From NCBI GenBank assembly GCA_965243205.1, contig CBDEUK010000002.1, positions 1,235,689 to 1,299,688 of the forward strand: DNA of 64,000 nt. The letters run 5' to 3'. The notes below the pieces were generated by a model. The model was not told the origin of the DNA. It ran no database searches and saw only the letters and a list, made by a program, of their open reading frames with translations. Shown here piece after piece: positions 40,760-50,231 of the stretch. Made by a program: the position numbers and the translations under genes. Numbering within the stretch: the first letter of the stretch is position 1; every line of letters begins with the position of its first letter. Origin of the DNA: Gammaproteobacteria bacterium (lineage in GTDB: Bacteria; Pseudomonadota; Gammaproteobacteria; Eutrophobiales; Eutrophobiaceae).

Positions 40760-40786
40760 AATGAATTCCATTATAAGGAATTCATT
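40760..40786. promoter_or_regulatory. Perfect 10-bp inverted repeat (candidate operator) upstream of the 40805 gene
   Basis: AATGAATTCC-attataa-GGAATTCATT, followed immediately by cccgTATAATagac and the ATG at 40805. Confidence 0.4.
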
Positions 40787-40804
40787 CCCGTATAATAGAC
40801 TGTT

Positions 40805-41200
40805 ATGAGTAAATTTATAAATAATACAATATTAATTATCTTACTTCTCGTGAGTAATACTTTGTTCGCTGAAATAGAATCAGTTGATATATTCAATGGT
40901 GAATTTCAGCATATATTAAAAATTCAAGAAGAACCAAAAATTTCCAAATTCAATAAACTTTGGAAAACTAAGAAGGAAATGAAAGTCAAAATAAAAATAA
41001 ATTGGGCACTAGGATACAGACTTTATTTAAGAGGAGACTCTGACTCAGGTCTTTGGCTATGCTATGACGGTTGGTTAATGCCATTGTCGGCAAAAACAAA
41101 GTCTGGCTTATATAAGTTAGAATCTAACTCCAATTTTGAAGCTTTATTTAGCCCAACTCATAATAAACCATTCCAGCCGACCGCTTACACGGCCGGCTGA
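40805..41200 (+). CDS. Small secreted hypothetical protein
   Basis: Cleavable signal peptide (…LLLVSNTLFA|EIE). The C-terminal codons are supplied by a GC-rich hairpin element. Confidence 0.4.
   Translation: MSKFINNTILIILLLVSNTLFAEIESVDIFNGEFQHILKIQEEPKISKFNKLWKTKKEMKVKIKINWALGYRLYLRGDSDSGLWLCYDGWLMPLSAKTKSGLYKLESNSNFEALFSPTHNKPFQPTAYTAG
41174..41199. repeat. GC-rich REP-like hairpin carrying a motif repeated at 42999
   Basis: CAGCCGACCG-cttaca-CGGCCGGCTG: a 10-bp stem with 1 mismatch in an AT-rich background. The element cattccagccgaccgct recurs at 42999-43016. Confidence 0.45.
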
Positions 41201-41240
41201 ATTCAACCGTTAGGTTTCAAATAACAAAAAAGGAGAAATT

Positions 41241-41762
41241 ATGTCTGCAATCATGGTAGATATTGAAAGCGACGGACCAATCCCAGGAGATTATTCAATG
41301 GTTTCCTTTGGTGCAGTCATTGTTGATCAAAAATTAGATAAAACGTTTTACGGTAAAATTAAACCAATAAGTGAGAAATGGATACCTGAAGCGCTCGCTG
41401 TTTCAGGTCATACTCGTGAGGAAACTCTCGAGTTTGGAGAACCGGTGAAAGTAATGGGAGACTTTGCGAGCTGGTTGAAAGAAAATAGTAATGGTAAACC
41501 AATATTCTATAGCGATAATAATGGTTTTGATTGGCAATTTATCAATTGGTACTTTCACCACTTTACTGGAAGTAACCCCTTTGGGTTTAGCTCTACGAAT
41601 TTAGGGTCTTTATACAAAGGTATGGTAAAAGATATATTCAAAAACTTTAAACATCTGAGAAAAACAAAACATACTCACAATCCAGTAGATGATGCATTGG
41701 GTAATGCTGAAGCACTTTTGCACTTAAAGAATGAGATGGGTTTAAAAATTAGTCTTAAGTAA
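41241..41762 (+). CDS. DEDDh 3'-5' exonuclease domain protein (Rv2179c-like)
   Basis: Exo I motif VDIESDGP, a conserved Y...D region and HNPVDDA (Exo III) motif; 173 aa. Confidence 0.55.
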   Translation: MSAIMVDIESDGPIPGDYSMVSFGAVIVDQKLDKTFYGKIKPISEKWIPEALAVSGHTREETLEFGEPVKVMGDFASWLKENSNGKPIFYSDNNGFDWQFINWYFHHFTGSNPFGFSSTNLGSLYKGMVKDIFKNFKHLRKTKHTHNPVDDALGNAEALLHLKNEMGLKISLK

Positions 41763-41865
41763 CCTAACAAGTTGCTCAAGTATACTCCGCCAGCTATGCT
41801 GGCTCCGCGGGACGCGCAAAAGCGTACCCATTAGCAAAGCGTTATGTAAAAGGAGGTCGTGGTAA

Positions 41866-42516
41866 GTGACATGGTATGCAGCAGAAATTCTTGCGGAGCC
41901 TAGACCTGAGCTCTTGCAACGCCTAAGCGCATCGCCCTTACTATTAAAGCATCTCTATTTGCTAAAGGGAGAGTGTAACTATGAATTTCACAGCTCTGAA
42001 GTTGCGCATTCGTTTCCTGAACTTGGAATATTAGTGGCTGGCCATTTTTTTGAACCAGGAACACATGGCGAAAGCTGGTTTGACGAGAATTTTATCTCAT
42101 GGCACGAGTTTTCTTCTCCTCCTTCACCAAGCTTAAGTTCACTTCTTAATAGATTAAAAGAAATAGAACCCATTGAGGCAGATGATTTTCCGCCTGAGGC
42201 CTTTCTGGGGTACGTCGAAGCTCTATCAAGAGAATGCAAAGCTAACATTGGTTTTTATAATTGCTTTATGTGGGGTGGTGATATTGAATATGAGGTCACG
42301 TATCTATTTCTACCAAATCAAGAGCCATCAGCGTTAATAACGAAAACCGGTATTGGCCACACAGTAGTAAGTCCCACGGATATCACTAACGTCAAAGGAA
42401 AAGATGCGTTGCAAAGCACATTGGTATATTTTGGGCTAGAGTTAGAGCAACCATTTTTTGCTCCTCATACTCGGGGTTTTAACTGGTCCCCTTATGCTTG
42501 TCATAAAATCACATAA
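41866..42516 (+). CDS. Hypothetical protein, 216 aa
   Basis: GTG start 9 nt downstream of an AAGGAGG SD sequence. I do not recognise a family. Confidence 0.35.
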   Translation: MTWYAAEILAEPRPELLQRLSASPLLLKHLYLLKGECNYEFHSSEVAHSFPELGILVAGHFFEPGTHGESWFDENFISWHEFSSPPSPSLSSLLNRLKEIEPIEADDFPPEAFLGYVEALSRECKANIGFYNCFMWGGDIEYEVTYLFLPNQEPSALITKTGIGHTVVSPTDITNVKGKDALQSTLVYFGLELEQPFFAPHTRGFNWSPYACHKIT

Positions 42517-42588
42517 TAATTGTATTCACATGGAAAATTTGTTCTGCTACACGCCGCAAATTCCCGGCGATGCAGTACGTTAGGCTTT

Positions 42589-42984
42589 ATGAAAATCTTA
42601 TTTTTAATTTTATTAATCTCAATATCTTCTTGTTCAAAAGTAGATAATGAATATAAATCATTAATTGGGCATTGGACTTGGCATGTTGAGGATCAAGGAT
42701 TTGGAGAATCTGGCTTTGTTAAACTTAATAAAGACAAAACCTACACATATTTAATTGAGTCATGGAATCCTACTGAAAAGTTAGCTTTAGATTTCACAGA
42801 AAACAATATGAACTATTGGCATATAAATAATGAATCTATTTGTTTCAGTAATTCAAAAAATATTGATAGTATTTTAGAAAATAATTGTATATTTCAAATT
42901 AAATACTTAGGCAATTCAATATATAAGCCTTTTATTAAAGGTATTTTTTTACAAGGAGAAATAGAATTAAAGAAAGTAAAATGA
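42589..42984 (+). CDS. Small lipoprotein, hypothetical
   Basis: MKILFLILLISISSCSK has a lipobox (ISSC). The six-frame ORF starts at 42520, but the ATG at 42589 yields a canonical signal. Confidence 0.4.
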   Translation: MKILFLILLISISSCSKVDNEYKSLIGHWTWHVEDQGFGESGFVKLNKDKTYTYLIESWNPTEKLALDFTENNMNYWHINNESICFSNSKNIDSILENNCIFQIKYLGNSIYKPFIKGIFLQGEIELKKVK

Positions 42985-42998
42985 CATTAAAGCCTAAA

Positions 42999-43026
42999 AA
43001 CTCATTCCAGCGAACCGCTAGCTAGC
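42999..43026. repeat. Second copy of the small GC-rich element plus a GCTAGCTAGC palindrome
   Basis: cattccagcgaaccgct (compare cattccagccgaccgct at 41168) followed by the self-complementary gctagctagc. It is intergenic. Confidence 0.4.
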
Positions 43027-43027
43027 A

Positions 43028-43921
43028 ATGAAAATTTTTCAAAGAAATCACATCAAAAAAATCACGATTATTTTACTTGTATTATTTGCATTAATTTTTA
43101 GCACATCCTGGCATGTAGGAGGGAAACTTGTTGCTTCTACTAATCATCCTGTTTCGCCTCCAATAGATCTTAATATTTCTAAGTTTTCTATCGAAAGCGA
43201 ATCTGGAGCTCATATCGCTGGTTGGCATATCCCTCTAGATGATCCTAAAGGTATAGTTATGTTGTTACATGGGATTAGAAGCTCACGTTCTGCAATGATC
43301 GAGCGCGCACGTTTATTTAATAGAAACGGCTTTGCGGTAATGATGATCGACTTTCAAGCTCATGGTGAAAGCCTAGGTGAAACCATTACAATTGGTCATC
43401 TTGAGAAACATGATGTTGTTGCTTTAGTTAATTATACTCGGAAATTATATGCATCTTTACCAATCGTCACTTTAGGAGTTTCAATGGGAGGAGCTGCAGC
43501 CTTACTCGCATCACCGCTAAATGTAGACGCACTAATTCTCGAATCGGTATACCCTGACATACGAACAGCGGTAAAAAACAGAGTTCGAAAACGCGTTGGG
43601 CCACTCTATTGGATACCATCTGAATTACTTCTGGCCCAACTGGGCCCCAGACTAGGAATAGAACTACACGAGCTACGACCAATTGATTACATAGAGAAAG
43701 TTAATTGCCCTGTATTCATAATTTCAGGCCTTGAAGATCAACATACTACTATCGAAGACACAAATACTATTTTCGAAAATGCCGCTCAACCAAAAGAATT
43801 ATGGTTGATAGAGAATGCAGGGCATATTGATTTATATAACGCTGCCAAAGAGGAATATGAATCTAAAATAATCAATTTTCTCAATGAACATATTGAAGTA
43901 CTAAATCAAGATACCAGCTAA
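43028..43921 (+). CDS. Alpha/beta hydrolase (S9/dienelactone-hydrolase-like), membrane-anchored
   Basis: N-terminal TM segment, a nucleophile elbow GVSMGG, and acidic and His residues downstream. Confidence 0.6.
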   Translation: MKIFQRNHIKKITIILLVLFALIFSTSWHVGGKLVASTNHPVSPPIDLNISKFSIESESGAHIAGWHIPLDDPKGIVMLLHGIRSSRSAMIERARLFNRNGFAVMMIDFQAHGESLGETITIGHLEKHDVVALVNYTRKLYASLPIVTLGVSMGGAAALLASPLNVDALILESVYPDIRTAVKNRVRKRVGPLYWIPSELLLAQLGPRLGIELHELRPIDYIEKVNCPVFIISGLEDQHTTIEDTNTIFENAAQPKELWLIENAGHIDLYNAAKEEYESKIINFLNEHIEVLNQDTS

Positions 43922-43989
43922 CAAATCATCCTAGCCGATCGCTAACGTGACAAACTAGATTCGAATTTTATATATAAGAGAGTTAAATA

Positions 43990-44400
43990 ATGTTTATAGT
44001 ATCAATTATTGTAGCAAGTGTTTTAAGCTTCGTAGCCCTACTTCATTTTTATTGGTCATTCGGTGGGTTATATGGATTACACTCAGCAGGTCCTAAATTA
44101 GAAGGAGAAAAAGATTTTGTTCCTCCTAAATTTATTATTTTTATAGTTGCATGTTTAATAGCGGGACTTGCCGCACTCGCTATTCTATTAGAAGTTCCAA
44201 ATATACCTTTTAAAAATATGCTGACTTATATTGGATACTTAGTATCAGTAGTTTTTATTCTTCGTTCTATCGGTGATTTTAAGTATGTTGGATTTTTTAA
44301 GACTATATATAACAGCAATTTTTCTAAAAATGATACTTTCTTCTTTTCCCCTTTATGCTTAATGTTGGGCATTGCATTTGCAATATTATCAAAATATTAG
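43990..44400 (+). CDS. DUF3995 membrane protein
   Basis: HFYWSFGGLYGL motif and 4 TM helices. Confidence 0.55.
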   Translation: MFIVSIIVASVLSFVALLHFYWSFGGLYGLHSAGPKLEGEKDFVPPKFIIFIVACLIAGLAALAILLEVPNIPFKNMLTYIGYLVSVVFILRSIGDFKYVGFFKTIYNSNFSKNDTFFFSPLCLMLGIAFAILSKY

Positions 44401-44421
44401 ATTTTTATTGGTAAAATAAAA

Positions 44422-45153
44422 ATGGTCAAAGCCTACAAATATTTCATTACAATGCCTTTAGTCAAATTTCTTATTTTACTATTAATATTGATCTCAGCTT
44501 CTGTACAAGCCGATTGTGTGATTTTACTTCATGGCCTTGCGCGCACATCTTCTTCAATGGAAAAAATAGCTAACGCACTTGAAGAGAAAAAATTCTCTGT
44601 TGTGAATGTTGATTACCCATCACGAAAGCATCCAATATCTGAACTAGCAACTATGGCCATCGAATCAGGACTTAAGGATTGTCCGCAAGATGGTAATAAA
44701 CATTTTGTAACGCATTCGCTAGGCGGGATTCTAATTCGACAATATCTTTCAAATAAAAAGATAAAGAACCTTGGGCGAGTTATTATGATAGCGCCACCTA
44801 ATCAAGGCAGTGAGGTAGTCGATAATTGGCGTAATGTTCCTGGTTTTAAAACACTTAATGGTCCTGCAGGTTTGCAACTGGGGACTGATAAAGAAAGCAT
44901 TCCTCGTCAATTAGGTCCTGTTGATTTTGAGGTCGGTATTATCGCGGGCAATACCACATTTAATCCAATATTATCATTATCACTTCCAAATCCAGACGAT
45001 GGTAAAGTTTCTGTAGAAAGTACTAAAGTAAAAGGCATGTCTGATTTTGTTGTGGTTCCTCATTCTCATCCTTTTATTATGCGTGCATCTATTGTCATAG
45101 AACATGTACTTTCATTTTTAAAAACAGGTCGTTTTGTTCGCGATGAAAAATAA
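44422..45153 (+). CDS. Secreted alpha/beta-hydrolase (esterase/lipase-like)
   Basis: Signal peptide, an early oxyanion motif ILLHGL and nucleophile elbow THSLGG. Confidence 0.6.
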   Translation: MVKAYKYFITMPLVKFLILLLILISASVQADCVILLHGLARTSSSMEKIANALEEKKFSVVNVDYPSRKHPISELATMAIESGLKDCPQDGNKHFVTHSLGGILIRQYLSNKKIKNLGRVIMIAPPNQGSEVVDNWRNVPGFKTLNGPAGLQLGTDKESIPRQLGPVDFEVGIIAGNTTFNPILSLSLPNPDDGKVSVESTKVKGMSDFVVVPHSHPFIMRASIVIEHVLSFLKTGRFVRDEK

Positions 45154-45559
45154 TACAAACTATGGAGTAAATGACAGCTCTTATAAAGCAGCAGGTGAAT
45201 TAGTAGGTATCACTCAACTCGTGAATGTTTTTTATGATTATATGGATAGCCTGCCAGAAGCCAATAAAATTCGTCACATGCACCCTGATGATTTAACTGA
45301 ATCACGTAAAAAATTGACGTATTTTTTATGCGGTTGGATGGGAGGCCCAAGGTTGTTTTCAGAACATTATGGTCCTATTAATATTCCAAAATTCCATCAG
45401 TATTTAGAGATTGGTACTGCCGAACGTGATGCTTGGCTATTATGTATGGAAAAAGCGATTTCCGAACAACCTTATGAAGATTCTTTCAAGGAATACTTAA
45501 TCGAGCAAATTCGAATTCCTGCAGAACGAGTTAGAGCAATGAGCCAATCCGAAGAATAA
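45134..45559 (+). CDS. Group II truncated hemoglobin-like protein
   Basis: Truncated-globin pattern (FYDYM ... MHPDDL ... FLCGWMGGPRLFSEHYGPINIPKFHQYLEIGTAERDAWLLCM). Confidence 0.6.
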   Translation: MFAMKNNTNYGVNDSSYKAAGELVGITQLVNVFYDYMDSLPEANKIRHMHPDDLTESRKKLTYFLCGWMGGPRLFSEHYGPINIPKFHQYLEIGTAERDAWLLCMEKAISEQPYEDSFKEYLIEQIRIPAERVRAMSQSEE

Positions 45560-45568
45560 AGAACTTTT

Positions 45569-45946
45569 ATGATATTGAAAAATATACATATCATCTGTGC
45601 TTATGTAACTGGCATAGGTTTCTTATTACGCGGCATATTGTTATTAATGAATAGTCCACTAAGCAAACATCGTTTGACTAAGGTATTACCTCATATCATT
45701 GATATTTGTTTATTGCTGAGTGGAATTACTATGGCTATCAGTCTTTCACTTTCTCCAAATAATCAACCTTGGCTAATGGCTAAATTAATCGCATTGTTTT
45801 TGTATATAGGATTTGGGTTATTGATGATTCGTTATGGTAAGATTGACACACGAAAATGGATTGGATTAATTGGGGGCATGAGCATATATGTTTATATAGT
45901 TGGTGTAGCACACAGTAAATCCATTTATTCTTTTTTATCATTGTAA
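45569..45946 (+). CDS. SirB2-family small membrane protein
   Basis: Four TM helices and about 125 aa, with a pattern consistent with the SirB2/YchQ family. Confidence 0.5.
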   Translation: MILKNIHIICAYVTGIGFLLRGILLLMNSPLSKHRLTKVLPHIIDICLLLSGITMAISLSLSPNNQPWLMAKLIALFLYIGFGLLMIRYGKIDTRKWIGLIGGMSIYVYIVGVAHSKSIYSFLSL

Positions 45947-45966
45947 TAATTATTTTTTTGCACCTA

Positions 45967-47505
45967 CTAATTAAATAAACTCATCTGTTCATCTTTTTTC
46001 TTTGAAGTCTTTTTTCGTTTAACTGGACGCTTTCGGCTGCCGAGTTTTCGATATACTTTATTTGCTTTGTCACGAAAATCTTCCTGCGCTTTAACCTTGG
46101 CGATTTTTTCTTTGGCTAAGCGTATAGATTCAAGATGTTCAACAATAGGCATGGGGTAATCTTCGCCGATAATACAAGCTGCTTGTTGTTGTTCTAAACA
46201 ATCCATCTTCCAAGGTTCATGAATCCATAGCTCTGAAACATTCTTTAATTCAGGCACCCATTTTCTAATAAAAACACCTTGTGGGTCATGCTCTTCAGAT
46301 TGTTTTATCGGATTATAAATACGTAAGGTATTAATCCCTGTCACCCCCGATTGCATTTGTAACTGGCTATAATGAATACCTGGTTCATAGTCGGTAAACA
46401 GTTTTGCTAAGTGATAACCTGTCTTACGCCAATCCAACCACAATTGATAACTGGCAAAACTCACTAACATAGCGCGCATACGAAACGTAATCCAACCTTC
46501 ATGAATTAAATTACGCATGCAAGCATCGATCATAGGATAACCTGTGTTACCAGTTGCCCAAGCTTGATAATAGGCTTCGTTATGCTCTGTTTCTCGCATG
46601 CCTTCATATGCAGGATGCATACATTCATATTCAATAGAGGGTTGGTCTTCTATTTTTTGAATAAAATGACAACGCCATGATAAACGTGAATAAAATGCAG
46701 AGTAATGACGCTTCCATTGTTTAAACTCTTGTTCATCCAATTGCTCTGCGCGATTTTCAGTCGACCTTAATATTTCTTTTACTGAGAGTGTTCCCCATGC
46801 TAAATGCGGTGATAACCGAGAACAATGAATTTCTGAGGCACCCGGCGCTGATAATCGATATAAATACTCTTTACCTCTTACTTCCAAGAACGACTTTAAC
46901 GTTTGAATAGCCGCTCTCCTACCGCCTTCTTGAACTATACCCGGTACAGCATTACCAAACATCGAAGCATCTTTTGATGGCACTTCGCCTAACGGTATTT
47001 CTTGAACAGACTTTAATTGATTAGGTTTTACTATTAATGGTTCTTCCATACGTTTATTACGTATCTTTGACCAATCATCACGATTTTTTAGTCGCCTGAC
47101 TACTCCGTTGGTTGGAGATTCATTGAAATGTATTTTATTTTCATGACACCATTTAATAACACGTTTATCTCTTTCAAACGTCCAACCATTACCGTTTTCT
47201 TCATGTGCAAAAATTTGCTTGATTTCAAATTGTGATATTAATGATTCAAACACTTCAATAACATCTCCTACTCGTATCACCAATGACTGTCCTAATTCTG
47301 CGCAGTCATTACGTAATTCAACTAAACAATCATGGATAAAACACCAATGTCGTCTAGAAGCAAACGATTGTTGCCAATATTCAGGTTCAACAATATATAA
47401 CGGTAAGGTTGGGAGTTTAGATTGAGAAGCAGAATATAAAGGAACATGATCATGTATTCGTAGATCACGTTTAAACCAAACAATGTTAATTTGATTTTTA
47501 CTCAT
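45967..47505 (-). CDS. Cryptochrome/photolyase-family flavoprotein (CPD photolyase / cryptochrome-DASH-like) with a Lys-rich tail
   Basis: N-terminal photolyase alpha/beta domain ([17 protein letters not shown]), an FAD-binding domain, and the C-terminus [15 protein letters not shown]. Confidence 0.8.
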   Translation of the reverse strand: MSKNQINIVWFKRDLRIHDHVPLYSASQSKLPTLPLYIVEPEYWQQSFASRRHWCFIHDCLVELRNDCAELGQSLVIRVGDVIEVFESLISQFEIKQIFAHEENGNGWTFERDKRVIKWCHENKIHFNESPTNGVVRRLKNRDDWSKIRNKRMEEPLIVKPNQLKSVQEIPLGEVPSKDASMFGNAVPGIVQEGGRRAAIQTLKSFLEVRGKEYLYRLSAPGASEIHCSRLSPHLAWGTLSVKEILRSTENRAEQLDEQEFKQWKRHYSAFYSRLSWRCHFIQKIEDQPSIEYECMHPAYEGMRETEHNEAYYQAWATGNTGYPMIDACMRNLIHEGWITFRMRAMLVSFASYQLWLDWRKTGYHLAKLFTDYEPGIHYSQLQMQSGVTGINTLRIYNPIKQSEEHDPQGVFIRKWVPELKNVSELWIHEPWKMDCLEQQQAACIIGEDYPMPIVEHLESIRLAKEKIAKVKAQEDFRDKANKVYRKLGSRKRPVKRKKTSKKKDEQMSLFN

Positions 47506-47642
47506 ACTGTTTTTTTATTCGTTCGCCTACAACGTTCTGAACAGTATTTCACGTCACTCCATACCTTTGCCCACTTTTTACGCCAAGCAAAAGGTCTTTC
47601 ACACACAACACAAATCTTACTGGGTAAATTAGACTTCTTCAT
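47502..47642 (-). CDS. DUF2256-like Cys-rich micro-protein (46 aa) between the two photolyase genes, not in the ORF track
   Basis: [46 protein letters not shown] has a CxxC...CxxxC zinc-ribbon-like pattern. Its ATG overlaps the upstream gene's 3' end by 14 nt, and its TGA overlaps the downstream ATG (ATGA). Confidence 0.55.
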   Translation of the reverse strand: MKKSNLPSKICVVCERPFAWRKKWAKVWSDVKYCSERCRRTNKKTV

Positions 47643-49164
47643 GATTATCCAATGCATTAAAGAATGATTTGCTATCTTGTTTGATCATTTTAATTTTTTC
47701 GACATCCATTCGATCGAGTGTTTTATAAATCATGGCTAACCGCTGATTGGTTTTTAATTTAGCACGATTGCGAATCAGAAAATCCCAATACAAATAATTG
47801 AATGGACAAGCATCATGACCATTTTTTCGAGTCACGCTATATTCACAGGATTTACAATAATCCGACATTTTATTGATATAAGCACCACTGGCAGCATATG
47901 GCTTTGAACCTAATAATCCTTTATCCGCAAATAAAATCATGCCTGTCACATTAGGCATTTCAACCCATTCAAAGGCATCGGCATAGACAATTAAATACCA
48001 TTCATTAACTTCATCAGGATGTATCCCTGTTATTAACGCAAAATTGCCTAACACCATTAAACGTTGGATATGATGAGCGTATGCATTTTCTTTGGTTTCT
48101 TTAACGCATTGCTTAAGGCAATTCATTTTAGTATGGCTACCCCAATATAAGTCAGGAAGCTTGCGTTGAGAATTAAGAAAGTTTTCTTGCTTATACTCAG
48201 GCATTTTTAACCAATAGATACCTCGGACGTATTCACGCCAGCCAAGTATTTGTCGAATAAAACCTTCAACTGCATTCAGTGGTGCGGTCCCATCATGATA
48301 AGCCTGCTCAGCTTTTTCAATACATTCCATTGGCAAAAGTAAGCCGCAGTTCAAATAGAAACTTAAATGACTGTGATATAACCAGGACTCACCCTGCAGC
48401 ATTGCATCTTGATAATCACCAAAATTCACTAATCGTTGTTGAATAAATTGATTCAAGGCTTTTAATGCTTGTTTTCTAGTTACTGCAAAATGAAATGGTT
48501 CTAGATCACCAAAATGATCTGAAAACTTATTTGAAACTAACTTTATAACCTGTTGTGTAATAGCATCAGGTTTAGCGCTGTATGTTTTGGGAATATCGAA
48601 TTCTGTTTTAATGGGTTTTCTATTGTCACTGTCATAATTCCATTTACCACCAATAGGTTTATCACCTTCTATTAATATTGAATATTTTTTTCGCATCTCT
48701 CGATAAAAATATTCCATGCGTAACTGTTTACGATCTTTGGCCCAAGTTTGAAATTCTTTATGTGTGCAAAGAAATCTCGAATCAGATCGAATATCTACAG
48801 GAATTTTAAACGCCTCGCTCCATGATTCTATATCTTTAAGAACTCTGTATTCTCCAGGTTCAGTAATAATAATCTTCTCAGGTTTATATTGTTTTATCGC
48901 ACGTTCGACTTCACCATAAAACGAACCTGAATTATCTTTATCATCTAATTTTATATATTGAACTCGAAAACCTTTATTTAATAATTCTTCACAAAAATGT
49001 CGCATCGCTGAAAATAAAAAAGCAATTTTCTTTTTATGATGTTTAACATAAGAAACTTCTTGATTAACTTCACACATCAAAATCAGGTCATCCGCTTTAT
49101 CAATAGAAGATAAACTGGATATGTTTAAATTGAGCTGATCGCCCAAAATGACGTGTAAATTCAT
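47629..49164 (-). CDS. FeS-BCP family cryptochrome/photolyase (bacterial (6-4) photolyase, PhrB-like)
   Basis: Photolyase-related N-terminus and a C-terminal four-cysteine cluster (CKSCEYSVTRKNGHDACPFNYLYWDF) characteristic of [4Fe-4S] FeS-BCP proteins. Confidence 0.75.
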   Translation of the reverse strand: MNLHVILGDQLNLNISSLSSIDKADDLILMCEVNQEVSYVKHHKKKIAFLFSAMRHFCEELLNKGFRVQYIKLDDKDNSGSFYGEVERAIKQYKPEKIIITEPGEYRVLKDIESWSEAFKIPVDIRSDSRFLCTHKEFQTWAKDRKQLRMEYFYREMRKKYSILIEGDKPIGGKWNYDSDNRKPIKTEFDIPKTYSAKPDAITQQVIKLVSNKFSDHFGDLEPFHFAVTRKQALKALNQFIQQRLVNFGDYQDAMLQGESWLYHSHLSFYLNCGLLLPMECIEKAEQAYHDGTAPLNAVEGFIRQILGWREYVRGIYWLKMPEYKQENFLNSQRKLPDLYWGSHTKMNCLKQCVKETKENAYAHHIQRLMVLGNFALITGIHPDEVNEWYLIVYADAFEWVEMPNVTGMILFADKGLLGSKPYAASGAYINKMSDYCKSCEYSVTRKNGHDACPFNYLYWDFLIRNRAKLKTNQRLAMIYKTLDRMDVEKIKMIKQDSKSFFNALDNHEEV

Positions 49165-49180
49165 CGGTTAGATACTGTAT

Positions 49181-49214
49181 CTATTTATACTAAAAATGAA
49201 GGTTTAGTATAAAT
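49181..49214. promoter_or_regulatory. Perfect 13-bp inverted repeat (candidate repressor operator) in the photolyase-operon promoter
   Basis: TATTTATACTAAA-aatgaagg-TTTAGTATAAATA lies 17-50 nt upstream of the start at 49164. The palindrome AGATACtGTATCT sits adjacent (49169-49181). Confidence 0.5.
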
Positions 49215-49314
49215 ATCAAGCTCAGACAACTTAAATTAACTGCCTTAATGTCTAATACAGAATAGTTGGAAACAGTTGAGGAATTAACTAAAACAAAAAA
49301 TTAAGAGAAATAGT

Positions 49315-50043
49315 TTATAGCTTCTTTTTATAAGCCAGCGCAAAAAGACTACTAATAAATAACCAAAATGCTGCTGGAACAGGAATTGGTGCTGGAGAAA
49401 CTTCAAGGCCTAAAATTTTATAAGCATCTTCAGGACTGTTAATGTCAGCACCTGTTAATAATAAATACTGTCCAGTACCGCTTAACAGATGTGTAAATGG
49501 ATTAAAACTACGACTGGTGTATTTAATTGTAGAATCACCAAAAATACCATCTAAGTCATCAAAACCTAATATAGTTAAATCGGGTAGAGTGTTACCTATC
49601 CAATACTGAATATCACGATCATTAATATTGTCGTTCCGACTATTTTTATAGGGATCAACAGTAATTGACTCAAACTCAACAGCTTGATCAAATTCAAACA
49701 CAATTAAATCTTTATCAGCAACCGTATCAATCTCGTGCTCACTGTAGACACAGCCATTGCCGATGGTACCTTCAGATTGATTACACACACCAAGACCAAC
49801 ATTCCAACTGTATACTTCAGCTGTTTCGAATAAAGGATTATTATTCGTACCACCTGTTTCACCATAGCCAGTCACTGTTACACCAATACCATCAGAAGAA
49901 AATTCTAAAGAGTTACCATAACCACCGCCATTGGCGCCTTCATAACGCAGATCAATCATCGCAGCGTTTGTTTGAATTGAATAAAGGAATACTGACAACA
50001 AGCTTCCTAAAAAGAAGCTATTTGATAAAGACATCTCATCCAC
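49315..50043 (-). CDS. Secreted protein with a PEP-CTERM-like C-terminal sorting signal
   Basis: Signal peptide, then a Gly/Thr/Asn-rich body. The C-terminus SPAPIPVPAAFWLFISSLFALAYKKKL has a Pro-rich motif, a hydrophobic helix and a basic tail. Confidence 0.4.
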   Translation of the reverse strand: MDEMSLSNSFFLGSLLSVFLYSIQTNAAMIDLRYEGANGGGYGNSLEFSSDGIGVTVTGYGETGGTNNNPLFETAEVYSWNVGLGVCNQSEGTIGNGCVYSEHEIDTVADKDLIVFEFDQAVEFESITVDPYKNSRNDNINDRDIQYWIGNTLPDLTILGFDDLDGIFGDSTIKYTSRSFNPFTHLLSGTGQYLLLTGADINSPEDAYKILGLEVSPAPIPVPAAFWLFISSLFALAYKKKL

Positions 50044-50231
50044 CCCAGGATTACATAGAAATTGTATTAATCTTTTAATTGTATTTATTTAGTGATTAAT
50101 TTTTTCATACATGAATGACATAAGCATTACACTATTGGCTAAAAATTAATCATTCTGTATAAATTCTATACATTTTAAGGAATTTAGTGAAAATTATCTT
50201 AGGAAAATTTCCCGATAAAAATGATAGGTAA

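Noticed and set aside
41203-43955. Recurrent ACGTTAGG/CCTAAC hexamer in several intergenic spacers
   Set aside because: The 6-8-mer is too short to be significant in 64 kb of AT-rich sequence. The expected chance occurrences are comparable to the observed count.
49169-49196. LexA (SOS) box in the photolyase promoter
   Set aside because: The sequence has CTGT followed 8 nt later by ATAC, not the CTGT-N8-ACAG gammaproteobacterial LexA consensus. The stronger signal is the separate 13-bp inverted repeat.
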